The notes below the pieces were generated by a model that was not told the origin of the DNA, ran no database searches, and saw only the letters and a list, made by a program, of their open reading frames with translations. The translations under genes and the position numbers were made by a program. DNA of 45,132 bases, the filler included, from Sphacelaria rigidula (Eukaryota), in NCBI GenBank assembly GCA_964200075.2. It is 2 parts of 2 records of this genome, joined end to end, with 100 filler letters (N's around TTAATTAATTAA, not from the genome) between each part and the next. Parts side by side here need not be neighbours in the genome. Positions count along the whole stretch, not along the records: positions 1 to 22,520 come from CAXNAA020000329.1; 1 more part is not named here. One strand, given 5' to 3'. Every line of letters starts with the position of its first letter. Positions within the stretch are counted from its first letter, which is position 1. This document shows, piece by piece, positions 1 to 11,100 of this stretch.

Positions 1-314
1 AGTTGTCAACAGCTATCAGTAGGTGAAGAAATGGAACCATATTTCGAAGATTTGGTGTGGATGCGAAGATTTTAATTCTCCGGGTTTTTCATACCCAATA
101 CAAGATCCATCCCCAATTTGTAAGATCCCGTGTTAAGGATAGCGAGGTAATCAGCCCTGACGTGAGATGAATACGAAAGCAGATTTTGGCCATCCAGGCC
201 ACCGTGGCAAAATGTGCAGCAAGCAAGCGCGCAACGGTTCAGCCTCGTACTCTCAAGCTGGCCTAAAAACCAACCGGAGAGCACGAGGGTCCTCTCAACC
301 GTGAGGGCACGTAC

Positions 315-3300
315 CGCAGCGGTAGGAGGTCCCATTCTATCCCGATAATAACAGGGGGGCTAGCGCACTGGGGAATATACCGCAGCATTTGGACTCCAGT
401 GATCCAATCACAAACATCCTTCTACATGAAATCAACCTACAGAATCCATTTTCTGTCGTCTCCGCCAGGGACACAAACACCGACCCACAAAAACTGACCT
501 GATGACCGTTTCCGCCGCTTCTTCCAGAATTTCCACCAACGTTTTCTTTACCGTCTTTGCCAAGTTCTAGACTCCTGTGGCTACAACGCCGCCTCCAGCT
601 CGCTCGTCACCGAGCCTCCAGCAGGACAACCCGCTCTCTTCTCCCTCTGGAAAAGTCCATCCGGCCTCCGTCGATATGAGATATAGTGTTGTCCTTCCAA
701 CCCGCACCCGTCGTTGCGTCGTATCAGCCCCAGTTCTCCGTTACAGCTGCTGCGCGTACTGCGCAACATCTTCACCCGAATCAGTACCCACGCCTCCAGC
801 GCCGGACATTCTCGCCGTGCCTCCACTGGTATCATGGATGGATTACCGCCCAGGACTCCTGATCCGTGGTGATCGTACATCCCTCAACGCACGTGAGGAC
901 GTGCTACACAGGCTGCACTGGTAAGCCACCAGTTGCTCCTTTGCGGTATTCGGGCTATGATTGACGCGCTTCCTCAACCTCGGTCTGCTGTACACCCAGT
1001 AGCGGAACATTCAACGGACGCTAGCGTGTTGAGATATTCCGTTTTCTAGTATTGCGCAGACCGCAGGTTATGGGCGATAAGTCATTGTCGGCTCGGGCAC
1101 GGAAAGCATGGCTCGGAAGACGAGTCCAGCCGCAAGCAGCTCAGATGTAGAAAAAGCGTGAAGATTGTAAGGAGTTGATTAGATGCGTGGCTACTGATCC
1201 AGTTAACCATGCAATATCTCTTGCTCTACACTTTCTACAGAACATTCCCAAGATCCGCCCACGAAAAGGACCAAATACAACAGTGACTAGACTGTTGTGC
1301 TACTGTAACATTTTGACTCCATTTATCCAATCTCGAACATGGCTTTCGGGTGCGCAATGTTTCCGAATCCAACACAGGGACTTGCATGATCGCTGCAAAA
1401 CGACCGTGTAGGTTTCTGACAATTACAAGAGAACGATCGGAGAACGCAGGGTCGTGCGAAAATGAAAGAAGTGAAGGAAAAAGATAGTTATGCTTCCCAT
1501 CGTTTAGAACGCTCCTCGCTAGCCTTCTTAGCGACCCCGATCCTGGACTTCTGAACCATTCCCCTCCTGCGCTGTTCATACATGTGTGTGAGCAGCGACC
1601 TTCTTCCCTTCCGCTTTGTTTCTTCCTTAAGAAAGCTCTCGCTATCTTGAGAAACTATGCGTTCTGCGTTCTGCGTATCGTCAACAGCGCCCAGCCTTTC
1701 GATTGAACCGCCCGCTACACCACTGCACCTGATCCAGTCCTGCATCTGGCGAAGCAGGCGCCGGGCAGTCTCTCCGACATTCACCCCCTGCTCTGGAGCT
1801 CTGTTTTCAAGTTCATATGCGGTACCCTGATTATCGGACACCATACGGACCGCGGGGATCCAGGAAAGGCTTTAGTAATCAGCGGGGGAGCGGCTAGCCC
1901 CACGGATCCATCACGCGGCTTCCTTCGCAATTTGTAGTTTTCTTCTGAAAGATGAGCTTAAACCCTGCAGCATTCGTCAGGACTGCACCTGGAGATCGCA
2001 TGGCAGTGTGGGTGGGCAAAAAGATATAACATAATTTAGACGCAGTATGACACGCAGTTCATATTTGTTAGGGTGTGATGCCAGTTGGAAGTAGAACGCG
2101 CATGCTATCAGTACTGTGATGTCAGCACAGTCGATGGGATAGCCCAAGCTCTCTTTGAAGCCTTGCACCTGAAGGTTGGCCTTGAAGATGTAAAAATGAC
2201 AGCTGCTGGTAACGTGATAGCGGCTGCGATGTGTTGACCGAGCAATGCTACGGCCGGGCCCTACCTGCCAACTTTCAGTGCGAAGAAAAGACCGTGCAGC
2301 ATGCTGGGGCTCCAGCCTTCATCGAAATGTACCCGGGAATCCCCTGGGCGTCAGACGGAGCGAAGAAAGAAAGAAGGGGGGGGGGGGGTACCACTTGGAT
2401 GTCGTGTCGACCACCGCGAGTTGTAGTCATGGATATATCGCACACTGGCCGGACAGCATCATCGTAGATACTGGTATAGTACAATGTACATGTTGTGTCG
2501 GATCGATGGCGGGGATGCTGTACAAGATGTCGTACCTTTCCAGGTAGAAGTGTTCCACGACTTTCAAGAGACGGTGTTGGTCCTTGGCGGAGGTAATCAT
2601 CCATCGGGAGTTCGTCCGTAAACTTCGGATCGCCTTCAGCAAGCAGGCCGAGTTAACATGTTGTGGATAGTTGACGCGTCGCCTGGGATCGCGATGCCAA
2701 AGGCACGTTCTGAGCGATGGGGTTCGCTTTGAAATTGTTTGCCGGCCTTTTCACTCTCCGCCGAGAAATGTGGAAAACCGATGGTCTCTCAAGGAATTAT
2801 TTTGGCCCAACTTCGACATCCTACATCCTCTCTTTGCTTGATTGGGTAGTTGAATGATTGATCGCCGTATCGTAACTGGCCTGCCACGGATCCAGCTGTG
2901 GCCACAAGGCACAAGGAATACGAAAGAACACGAGACACTTTCCTAAGAAAACTCGGCAATGGAAGAGATGAAAAAGAAAGGGGAGAAGAAACAGAACAGA
3001 CTGAAAAAAGAGAAAGTAAAGTAGAGAAGAAGAAAGTAAAGAACAAATATGAAAAAAGAAGAACGCCCAGCATTGGATGAGACAGGGGCACCAGTAACCG
3101 TGCAACCCCCCTGTAATGCGTGAGAGGACCGCGTGCTTAGAGGACCGCGCCGTAGTCCAAAACACCCCAGGATCGACGTTTTTCGAAACCAATCGGGCCA
3201 GTCCCCTCAGGAACCACGCCCCTGACCCTAACCCCAACACTAACACCAACCCTAACCCCGACCATAGGGATGTTCAAATTCAGATGCGGTCCTCTCAGCA

Positions 3301-4830
3301 CTTCATCCCCTAGTCAGGCGCGAATATAACCACTCGCTTGATCATGTCCATTTGGGATTCCACGTGGGCTATTGGTGCTATGATGTCGTCAGCAGTGGCG
3401 ACTCTTCTATGGTCAACGCAGCAACCTTGTGCTTGTGGCTTGGATTGGACTAGCGTAGGCCTTCGCATCGCCACACCTCCTTGCACTCCTCCGCCTCTTT
3501 CTCTATCCTTAGCTGTCACTTGCTCACGCACGTTTTCGACGACAATGGTCGATATACCACAACAATACCTCAAGCGCCCAGTGTCGTCATGATCACCCCC
3601 AAGAACAACAGAATCACGACTACGGCACAGTGCAATCGTGGTATGCTAAGCATCAGGGTTCTGCGCGCGCCAAACTGTGCGAACAAGCAGCACTGCTGGT
3701 ATTGTGGGGTGCACATTTCCGAATTAGAAAAACGAAACTTGAATGGCCTCGCAAAAGGAGTCTTGAAACTTGCGAAAGAACAGCAACCGAAAATGTCGTG
3801 GGAACGGTACAAACACGAAATAAATCGGGAAGAAGCACATTTTCCCCATCGTTCAGAATGTCTGTAAGTGCGATAGAACGGGCAGTCAAAACGAAGCAAT
3901 AGCGGGATGGCAGCACGAAACACTCATCGCTGGTCGTGGGTGGGGATGACAAGCGTCCCGTTGCGAGGACGAGCGCCGGAACGTATACGACGCGAGACCG
4001 CTCTTGAAGTAACCGACTCTCGTGTACGCGTTGAGACTGGGGATGTCATTTTAAAGACACTCGTACAGATTCCAGGATTTTCGCACGGTGGCAACGGTGT
4101 CCTGGATCTAGGATAAATGTATCCACACCGCCACCGGGCGGGTCCTTGAACGGGCCACACAACCGCTTATACACATGAAAGTTTCCGGTTGCGAGATCTA
4201 TTTTCAGTCAATCACTTGTGCCAGAAACGGTAGGTCATTTTCAAGGCACGTCGCTCAGTTGTCGTCTTGTTAAAGTATTGATCTACATACCTGGTATATT
4301 TATACTTAGTACATCTCAGATTAAGGCGCAACAAGCATGCTACCGCCAGGTCGCTGAAATATGTCTGCTTGACTGCTAGCGACCGGCCGGTTATACCATT
4401 CGGAAAACCAAAAATTACTTGGACCGACAGTGGTGACGCACACAACGATGCATTGAAGCCGTCAACGGCAGGCATATAATACTTCCATCAATCTGGGCAA
4501 TATAAGTAGTCGTCGTCTTGCGAACTTGTTACTCGACACCACCTTCACCTTCGCCATACCCTCGTCCTCCAGTTCTCCATCCTTTCCCTCGTCGGCGTGC
4601 TTCCGCTCGTTTACCACCGTTCCCCCCTCTCGGGCACCTCTGCTGCCTCGCCCCGGCAGTCGTCAAGTCTGCTACATTCTCAATCCAAGGTTGCATCACG
4701 CCAGAACAGGCTCGCTAGCCCGAACTTGCTCGCGGAAGTCTACCCTCACCATACCCGACAAAGTTCCATGCCTTGTCGTGGGAGCTTGCCATTCGGAAAC
4801 TCGTCTTGAAGCAGGCAACAAAGGTCGTCC
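315..4830 (-). CDS. Putative multi-exon gene A, unknown protein (exon chain only partly resolved)
   Basis: Several AG/GT-bounded open segments on the minus strand: 315-418 (DVCDWITGVQMLRYIPQCASPPVIIGIEWDLLPL), 499-574, a segment starting at 1826 (GTAYELENRAPEQGVNVGETARRLLRQMQDWI), ~2264-2344 (DSRVHFDEGWSPSMLHGLFFALKVG), ~2490-2645 (LLKAIRSLRTNSRWMITSAKDQHRLLKVVEHFYLERYDILYSIPAIDPTQH), ~4755-4828 (DDLCCLLQDEFPNGKLPRQGMELCR). Not every junction is phase-consistent and no domain is recognised. Confidence 0.4.
2838..3075 (-). mobile_element. LINE-like retroelement 3' end (pyrimidine-rich UTR plus degenerate (AATC)n tail), copy 1
   Basis: The minus strand has a long T/C-rich tract, then GGCCACAGCTGGA...CAGTTA...GGCGATCAATCATTCAA. 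This matches the termini at ~19411 and ~43086. Confidence 0.55.
3117..3301. mobile_element. Small non-autonomous element with inverted repeats and internal telomere-like hexamers
   Basis: GAGGACCGCG occurs twice in tandem (3117-3149). GTGCTTAGAGGACCGCG (3133-3149) is inverted at 3285-3301 (15/17 match). A degenerate CCCTAA run lies at ~3221-3263. Confidence 0.55.
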
Positions 4831-6984
4831 TGCGTCTTCCCCAATGTGGTGAGAACTGTTGCTGCGGAACGATCAGCACACCGCAGCACAAGATCAGAGC
4901 GTCATGCACTCGTCTTGGTACCGTGTGCACTACAGTATATACAGACGGTGCTGCGGTACTCTACCCTCACTACTGTTCTCTGTACTGATGCAGACCAGAA
5001 CTGCTGGCTCACTGAGTACATGGTCTCAGCTCAACACTGGGGTCTAAAGTACAACGCTGTATGATGCAGTGCGTGTGGCCCTCGATCGCCATGGGGTTTT
5101 CAAATCACGGGGATAGTGGGACGAGTCACTTCAGTCGTGAGTACCATCACGTACGTCTACTTTTGAAGCAACAGCTGTGCTGTAACATGGAACCGACGCA
5201 CCTGTATCGGTGACACTAGCGTATCGACGATATCTACCTCGAAGCATAAATACTAGGGTTGTAAACTTGTGGCCAATCGAGATCATGACGGCACAGAAAA
5301 AACCGTGTCTGTACGCTTGAAACTCGGCGTTGGTGAAAAGCTCGGGCAAGTGGCTTCATCAGGACCAGGCATGTGGCTGAACGCACGTTTGCGTTTGCGT
5401 ATCGATTTCGTACGCTCATCGCAACAATCTGTTTTCTTTAGTCTATGGACGAAGTATACAACCTACTGTGCTCACATCTGCAGTCTCGGCGGCAGAGTAT
5501 ACCACCTCTTTTGATCCATTTACACCCCATCATTTCCCGATTTTGGACGTTTTCACGTCGAGCACTAGCAATTACATGCTAACAAAATGTTGGATGGGGC
5601 GTGCGTAGGTGAACATCGCGGACATGTCCAAAATCAATGATGGTTTCGCGATTTTAACATTTTCTGGCCCATTTTTCGCGATTTTTGTGTTCTCGGGTCT
5701 CTCATGCTTTCCTGGGAACGAAAATGGCCGTTTTCGGACCGACCTACTTTTTCTCGGCCGTGCGGCTGCATGGTTGCACCCACGTTGTCGAAAGAATGTT
5801 GGTTTTAGCTAAAAAAAACGCCGACGGATGCAATAAAAAAATCGAAAATCAAATATCACACCGTTGAGGGCTCGTACAACCATAATAAGTGCCCAAACTT
5901 ATGAGACAGAGGAAGTATATTTCCGTTGCGAACACAATGGCAAAAAAACTTCTCGACTGCATGCACAAGCGCCACCTCTACTGCACCACCATCCGGTAGA
6001 CCTGCTATTTTGGCCGTTGCTGCCCGGTACGGTGCTCACAGGAAGCAACGCACGCTGTCTGATCAAGAAGCTCGTAGCCGAAGGGCATACAATAACAACT
6101 GTCATAGCGTAGTGCTTGATATTTGATAGTTACTTGAGTGGGCTTGTTGACCACGCTGACTGATATTGATGCGCCTGCTCTTCCGTTGTGTACACCAAGT
6201 AAACGCGACATAAAAGTGTCACCCATCTTTCATAACCACAAACGGTCGATGTTTCTCGTTTTGTTGTTGGAACAGCGGACTACGCGCCAACATTGAAGCC
6301 AGCAAACTATCCCGGGTGTGCTGAACGAAGTCGTCATTTATGATGCATTGAATCTCGGGAACTACTGTACAATTGCAGAACAACTTTGTGGTTAGTGTCC
6401 ACATGAAGCTCTGAGGAACCTTGGAGCTTGATTTTTGTTGCCATGGAACATTGTGGAGTCGAGGGCATAATACTCCTTGAAAATAGTGTGAAATGGAAGC
6501 TTTTAAAAATAAATTTGGAGGAAGCTGACCACGTGTCATAGCAGTGGGTCTGCAGCTTTCGATGCCACACGTAACTATCACCAATAACGAAGATAACGCG
6601 GTTGTGAATAATGGAATTGAAACCGATAACTTACCTGATTAATCCGTACTACGTGTATACTGATGTAATTGCGTGGCGACTTTTGCTGTGCTATCCATAT
6701 ACAGTATACCAATTACTTGCTACAACACATACATACTTCCACGCTGTGTGCGCAAGTCCTTTTCAACGGGATAAATCAGATACTTGGTGTGATGCACAGT
6801 TTTATATTTTTGTGGTTGTTGCTGCCGCTTATCGTTATGAATTCGGCTGCAATAAAGGATGCCGACAACACCGTGATGGCCCACTTCGTGATTTGAGTGC
6901 AGTCAGACAGAAAGGGGCATGCCGGTAACTTTGGATGCCTGTGACGACCAACTTAGCCTCCCCTTAGCCATATTTTCGAAAGTC

Positions 6985-7440
6985 GTTAGGGTAGAGCAGG
7001 ACTCTGCAGGCACTCTGAGATCCCTCAGAGTGCGTAGCAATTATAACTCCAGAGTATTCGAAGTATCTACCCTCCAGAATATTCGTTGTCGTACTCGTTG
7101 TGCTCAGTGAAATACGCAGTACTACGTGTACCTTGAGAACTCACTCATTGACAACTGGAAATCCCGGAGGATCCGGAGTATGGATTGACGAAATACTGAA
7201 CACTCTCGAGTACCTAGAGTGCTCGAAATCGGAACTACTCGGTGTCATACTCGGCGTGCTTAGTGAAATAATCCGTACCCGGAGTAGCCGGGGACCCCCG
7301 ACATGTAGCTGTTATCCCAGAGTGTCTAGAGTACCGACTCTCCGACATGTAGTTGTTATCCCAGAGTATCTGGAGTACCGACTGCCAAAATACTGTGTTT
7401 TTCAGATAACCCTGAGTTTCCCGGCTATCGACATCCCAAC
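6985..7440. mobile_element. Degraded GAGTAC/GTACTC-rich non-autonomous DNA element with a 44-bp tandem duplication
   Basis: Dense GAGTA/TACTC motifs. CCGACATGTAG(C/T)TGTTATCCCAGAGT...GAGTACCGACT is repeated at 7298 and 7342. Ends resemble TAGGG...CATCCC but are eroded. Confidence 0.4.
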
Positions 7441-8115
7441 TTACTCGTACTCGTACTCTTTACTCCATCTTAACGACCTTTGCATCTCTTGGTGTACCCC
7501 CTTCTGACTGAAACTTCAGGGATTGCACCCCATTTTTCTACGGCTCTTGTTCATTTCTGCGACAACGTATTCATAGGATAAACGACGAGCTGTACTTCAG
7601 CGACGGGTAGACCCTAATTCAGGTTGACTAACCCAGGGCATCGTGTTTAACAAGAGAGTTCCCCGTGGAGTGGCTCAAACAGAAGCTCTGGCTCGCCGCT
7701 CCAAGTTGATTCTTCTACTGACTCGATCCATCATTTTGCGGCATTGCCAGGTCACTCTCTCCGATGTTCCTTGTTAGGAGGTCAATTAGTGGCAATAATG
7801 CTGTTGTTTTGAACTGCTGAATGTGCACACCGTAGCTTTTATCCACCACTACACCACGAAATGAAAATACTCATAGTGTCTGCGCGGTCCTATAGCCAAG
7901 AGGTTTGGATTGTGCCGTCAACTGATGAAATCGGCCAAGCATTTCAAAAGATCACCATTTGCATTTCATCCTTCAAAGGGAGTTCGTCCCTCATCTCAAG
8001 AGTACCTTGTTCGGTGCGATAAGCTTCAGCTTTGTGTGCTGGGGGAAATCTTAACCATCTATCACACAACTCGAAGTAAAACCGAGGCCTTTTGTTATTT
8101 TTCGCGGTTCCGCAG

Positions 8116-11100
8116 GTTGGGTTCAGCTGAAAGATGATGACTCCGGTCATCCCTACTATTGCGATCAGGTAATGTCAATACCATGAGGTAATCGCAAGAT
8201 TGGAATACTCGCGGATGACAACCAGGCACACTTATACCAGCAAGCACAGGCATCAACGCGCTACCGTGCAAATGACCAGTTAGTTGTAATTTGCACGTTT
8301 TGACGTCAACCCAGGCGCTCTTGTCACGCTGCGCGCCGCTGCTTCGAACGTGTACAATCATGCCATGCGCTGTACGCACTCGGTAAAGTATACTCGAGTC
8401 ACTATTGCGGCTGACCCCTACCGTAAGACCGTCATCCAGCATAGAAACCATCTCCAAAACTACTTAGAAGCACAAGTTGCGTGTTGTGCGACGCTCATGA
8501 AATTTCGGTGCCCAGCGCGCGTTGCGTTCTGTGGAATGATAGCGAACAGTTTCCAGGATCAAACAGTTGAACAGGCTTGTACCCTTTGGAATGACAGGAA
8601 AGTGGAGCTAGCTGTTGGGAGCATCCAAGGGATAGTTTCTATAAAGGCATATATCAGCAAAAGAAGGTCAGTGTCATCAGCCGGGCTACCGGTCACCCAG
8701 GAATGGATGGTAGACTTTTGCTGTGTCGGTTGGTGGTCGCTGAAAGTGGCTCCTTCCTCTCAGTCAATTCAATGGGCGAAGAACAATCAAGTTGATTTTA
8801 GATGGTGGTTTCGGATGGTGGGTCCAACCCTGCTAATCGGCCTACACACGGAGTTTTACTAGCAACGGCACGATATATCACCTGTCACGCTGTTTTGCCG
8901 GTGCTTTGTGGTGTCGAACAGGCAGAAAGCCATCTCGGGTTGGTCCATGTGGTACCTCCCATACCTCCAGAGCCTTCATTTCCCGCTCCAGTTGTTCCAG
9001 CCCCAAAGTACGACGCCAGGGGTGATGACGTAGGCACAAGGTATATTGCTGTACAACACCGTAAACTCTGTAGGTTATGGGCAGCCGCACGACTTATCGT
9101 GGACAAAATGGGGAGATAGGCAAACTGGTCGGTGCAGTCAGCAACGCCGGGATGAAACCCCCCGGGCATGCGCAAGGAAACGGGTAACATGGCTTGGTAC
9201 TCTACGACAGGCTCTAGGCGGTGAGGTTGAGTGATTTTTGGGTGCGGGTTTGCTGGCGTGCCTTCAGGGGGTGTTGGGTCTGTTCTTCACGCGACAAATA
9301 TATGATTAGTCGTCGTGTGCACCTCCTCGGGGTTCGACGTCACTTGAATGAGCCACCTGTGCGCTCACTCCGCGAATACATACAACTATCTCCTGTTCGA
9401 TTCCCTTGACTCGTCTTTGTCTCCGAAGGTATGAGGTTGGAGCAAACGAAGTTGACGGCGATGGAGACAGCGCATGTGGCGAGGAGTTCCCATCCGAACT
9501 GACCATGTGAGTAAGCCTGTTCCTAGCATGATAACTCGTCCTTCCGACACTTGGTGGTTGAACTGGAGTCGTCGTGAAAGTGCGCCTGTGAAGGAACTGG
9601 TGTTTTGAAAATATTGCAGCCAATACAAGCACCATTGAGCACCAGCACGACCATCAGTGAAATATGCTTTTTGTCGTCGGTGAACCATCGACTGGGCAAG
9701 CGAGATGAGGATCGCTGGCGCTGTGTCGTCAACATGCGTAGGTGTATCGCGTTTGCTATGACGCTTCGGTGCGTTGTTCAACACCACACCTCACCCGCTA
9801 AACGTGACTCAGGGTCAAGGAAACGCGCGAGGCAGTGCCTAAGGAGACTGATCGCCTTCGAAAGCAGCTGGAAAAGGCTAAGGACTCTAGGAAGGTCATG
9901 GCACAACAGCACGATGATACGCTGGCGGCCCTGGAGCGTGCTAAAGAGGTGTATATTTTCGCGTTCACCGTACAGGGGTATGTTGACCTTGAAGAGGTAC
10001 CAGCACGCACCGATTCGACCACTTACCAAATGAGGTAGCCCCGATTCCGTCGCCCGAGTATCTTGAATGGCGACCTGTTTGAAATATTTGAAACTTGGTT
10101 GATTATAGCAAGTGGTACGGTTCGATGTTCCCAAGTAGCCGCTGGCTCATGAATGGCGTCTCGACATTCTTCATCATACCCCGGTCAGCAGAAAATGCAC
10201 TGTAGCAATAACCGTTCAAGAGGAATTTCTCATTTGCCTGGCTCCTCCTCGAACATATGAAACCTCTATCCTCAGGATGTGGAAGAAAAGATCGACTTGG
10301 TCACTGAGGAATTGCGACAGGAGCGACGGCGCTTGAAGAACGTTGTGCTCGAGCGAGATAAAAGCGAGAAGATTACTTCCAAGCTCAGAGAGACGATCCT
10401 ACAGCTTGAGGCAAAGCTTGACGAGGGGACAGAAAAAGCAGGTGAGAGTATACGTACATCGATACTGCTCCGCTGAGTCATGCACGCCACATACGTAATA
10501 CTCCCCATGGTGGTGATTGTGACAAATCGTGGACCACAACGCTTTTCCCCTGTACAGGGCACATTGCACGCTGTCGAATGCCACCTTCGGCGTGTAGTCG
10601 ATGAGCACGGCCTGCGAAGCCGCGAGCTGAGCATGAAACTTGTGCGCTATGGCAAAGTATCATGATCCCATACCGCACCCTTGTACGTGTTCTGCACACC
10701 GTTGAACGTCGCTTGGTTACAATACCCCACCCCGCTTTTGCAACTTTGTCTGACTGTTAGGGGAACTTTCTTGTTCGTTGGACGATCTTCGCGAGGAGGC
10801 TGCGTCATACAAGCGTGAACTTGCCAAGGCTAATGCACGAGCGGTGTGTGCATAATGTTACGAAGCGAGGCTTTCTTCCACAGCACGCCTACAATTTGAG
10901 TCGTACGCAAGCAACATTATTTGCGGCGTAGCCGAACCCGGCTTGTTGTTGAGGTGGCACACATCACTCGCAGACCGTAATTGATCTAGTTTACTACACT
11001 CACCGCTGGTTGATCAGCACGTCATGCATGGCTTCTGGTACTTGCTATTGGTGGCTGTACATAGCGTAGTGTCAAGCGCTAACTCGATCAATATGTACGT

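Noticed and set aside
2789..3091. Hydrophobic F/S/L-rich ORFs (also 19405-19703) resembling membrane proteins
   Set aside because: They are translations of pyrimidine-rich retroelement 3' UTRs.
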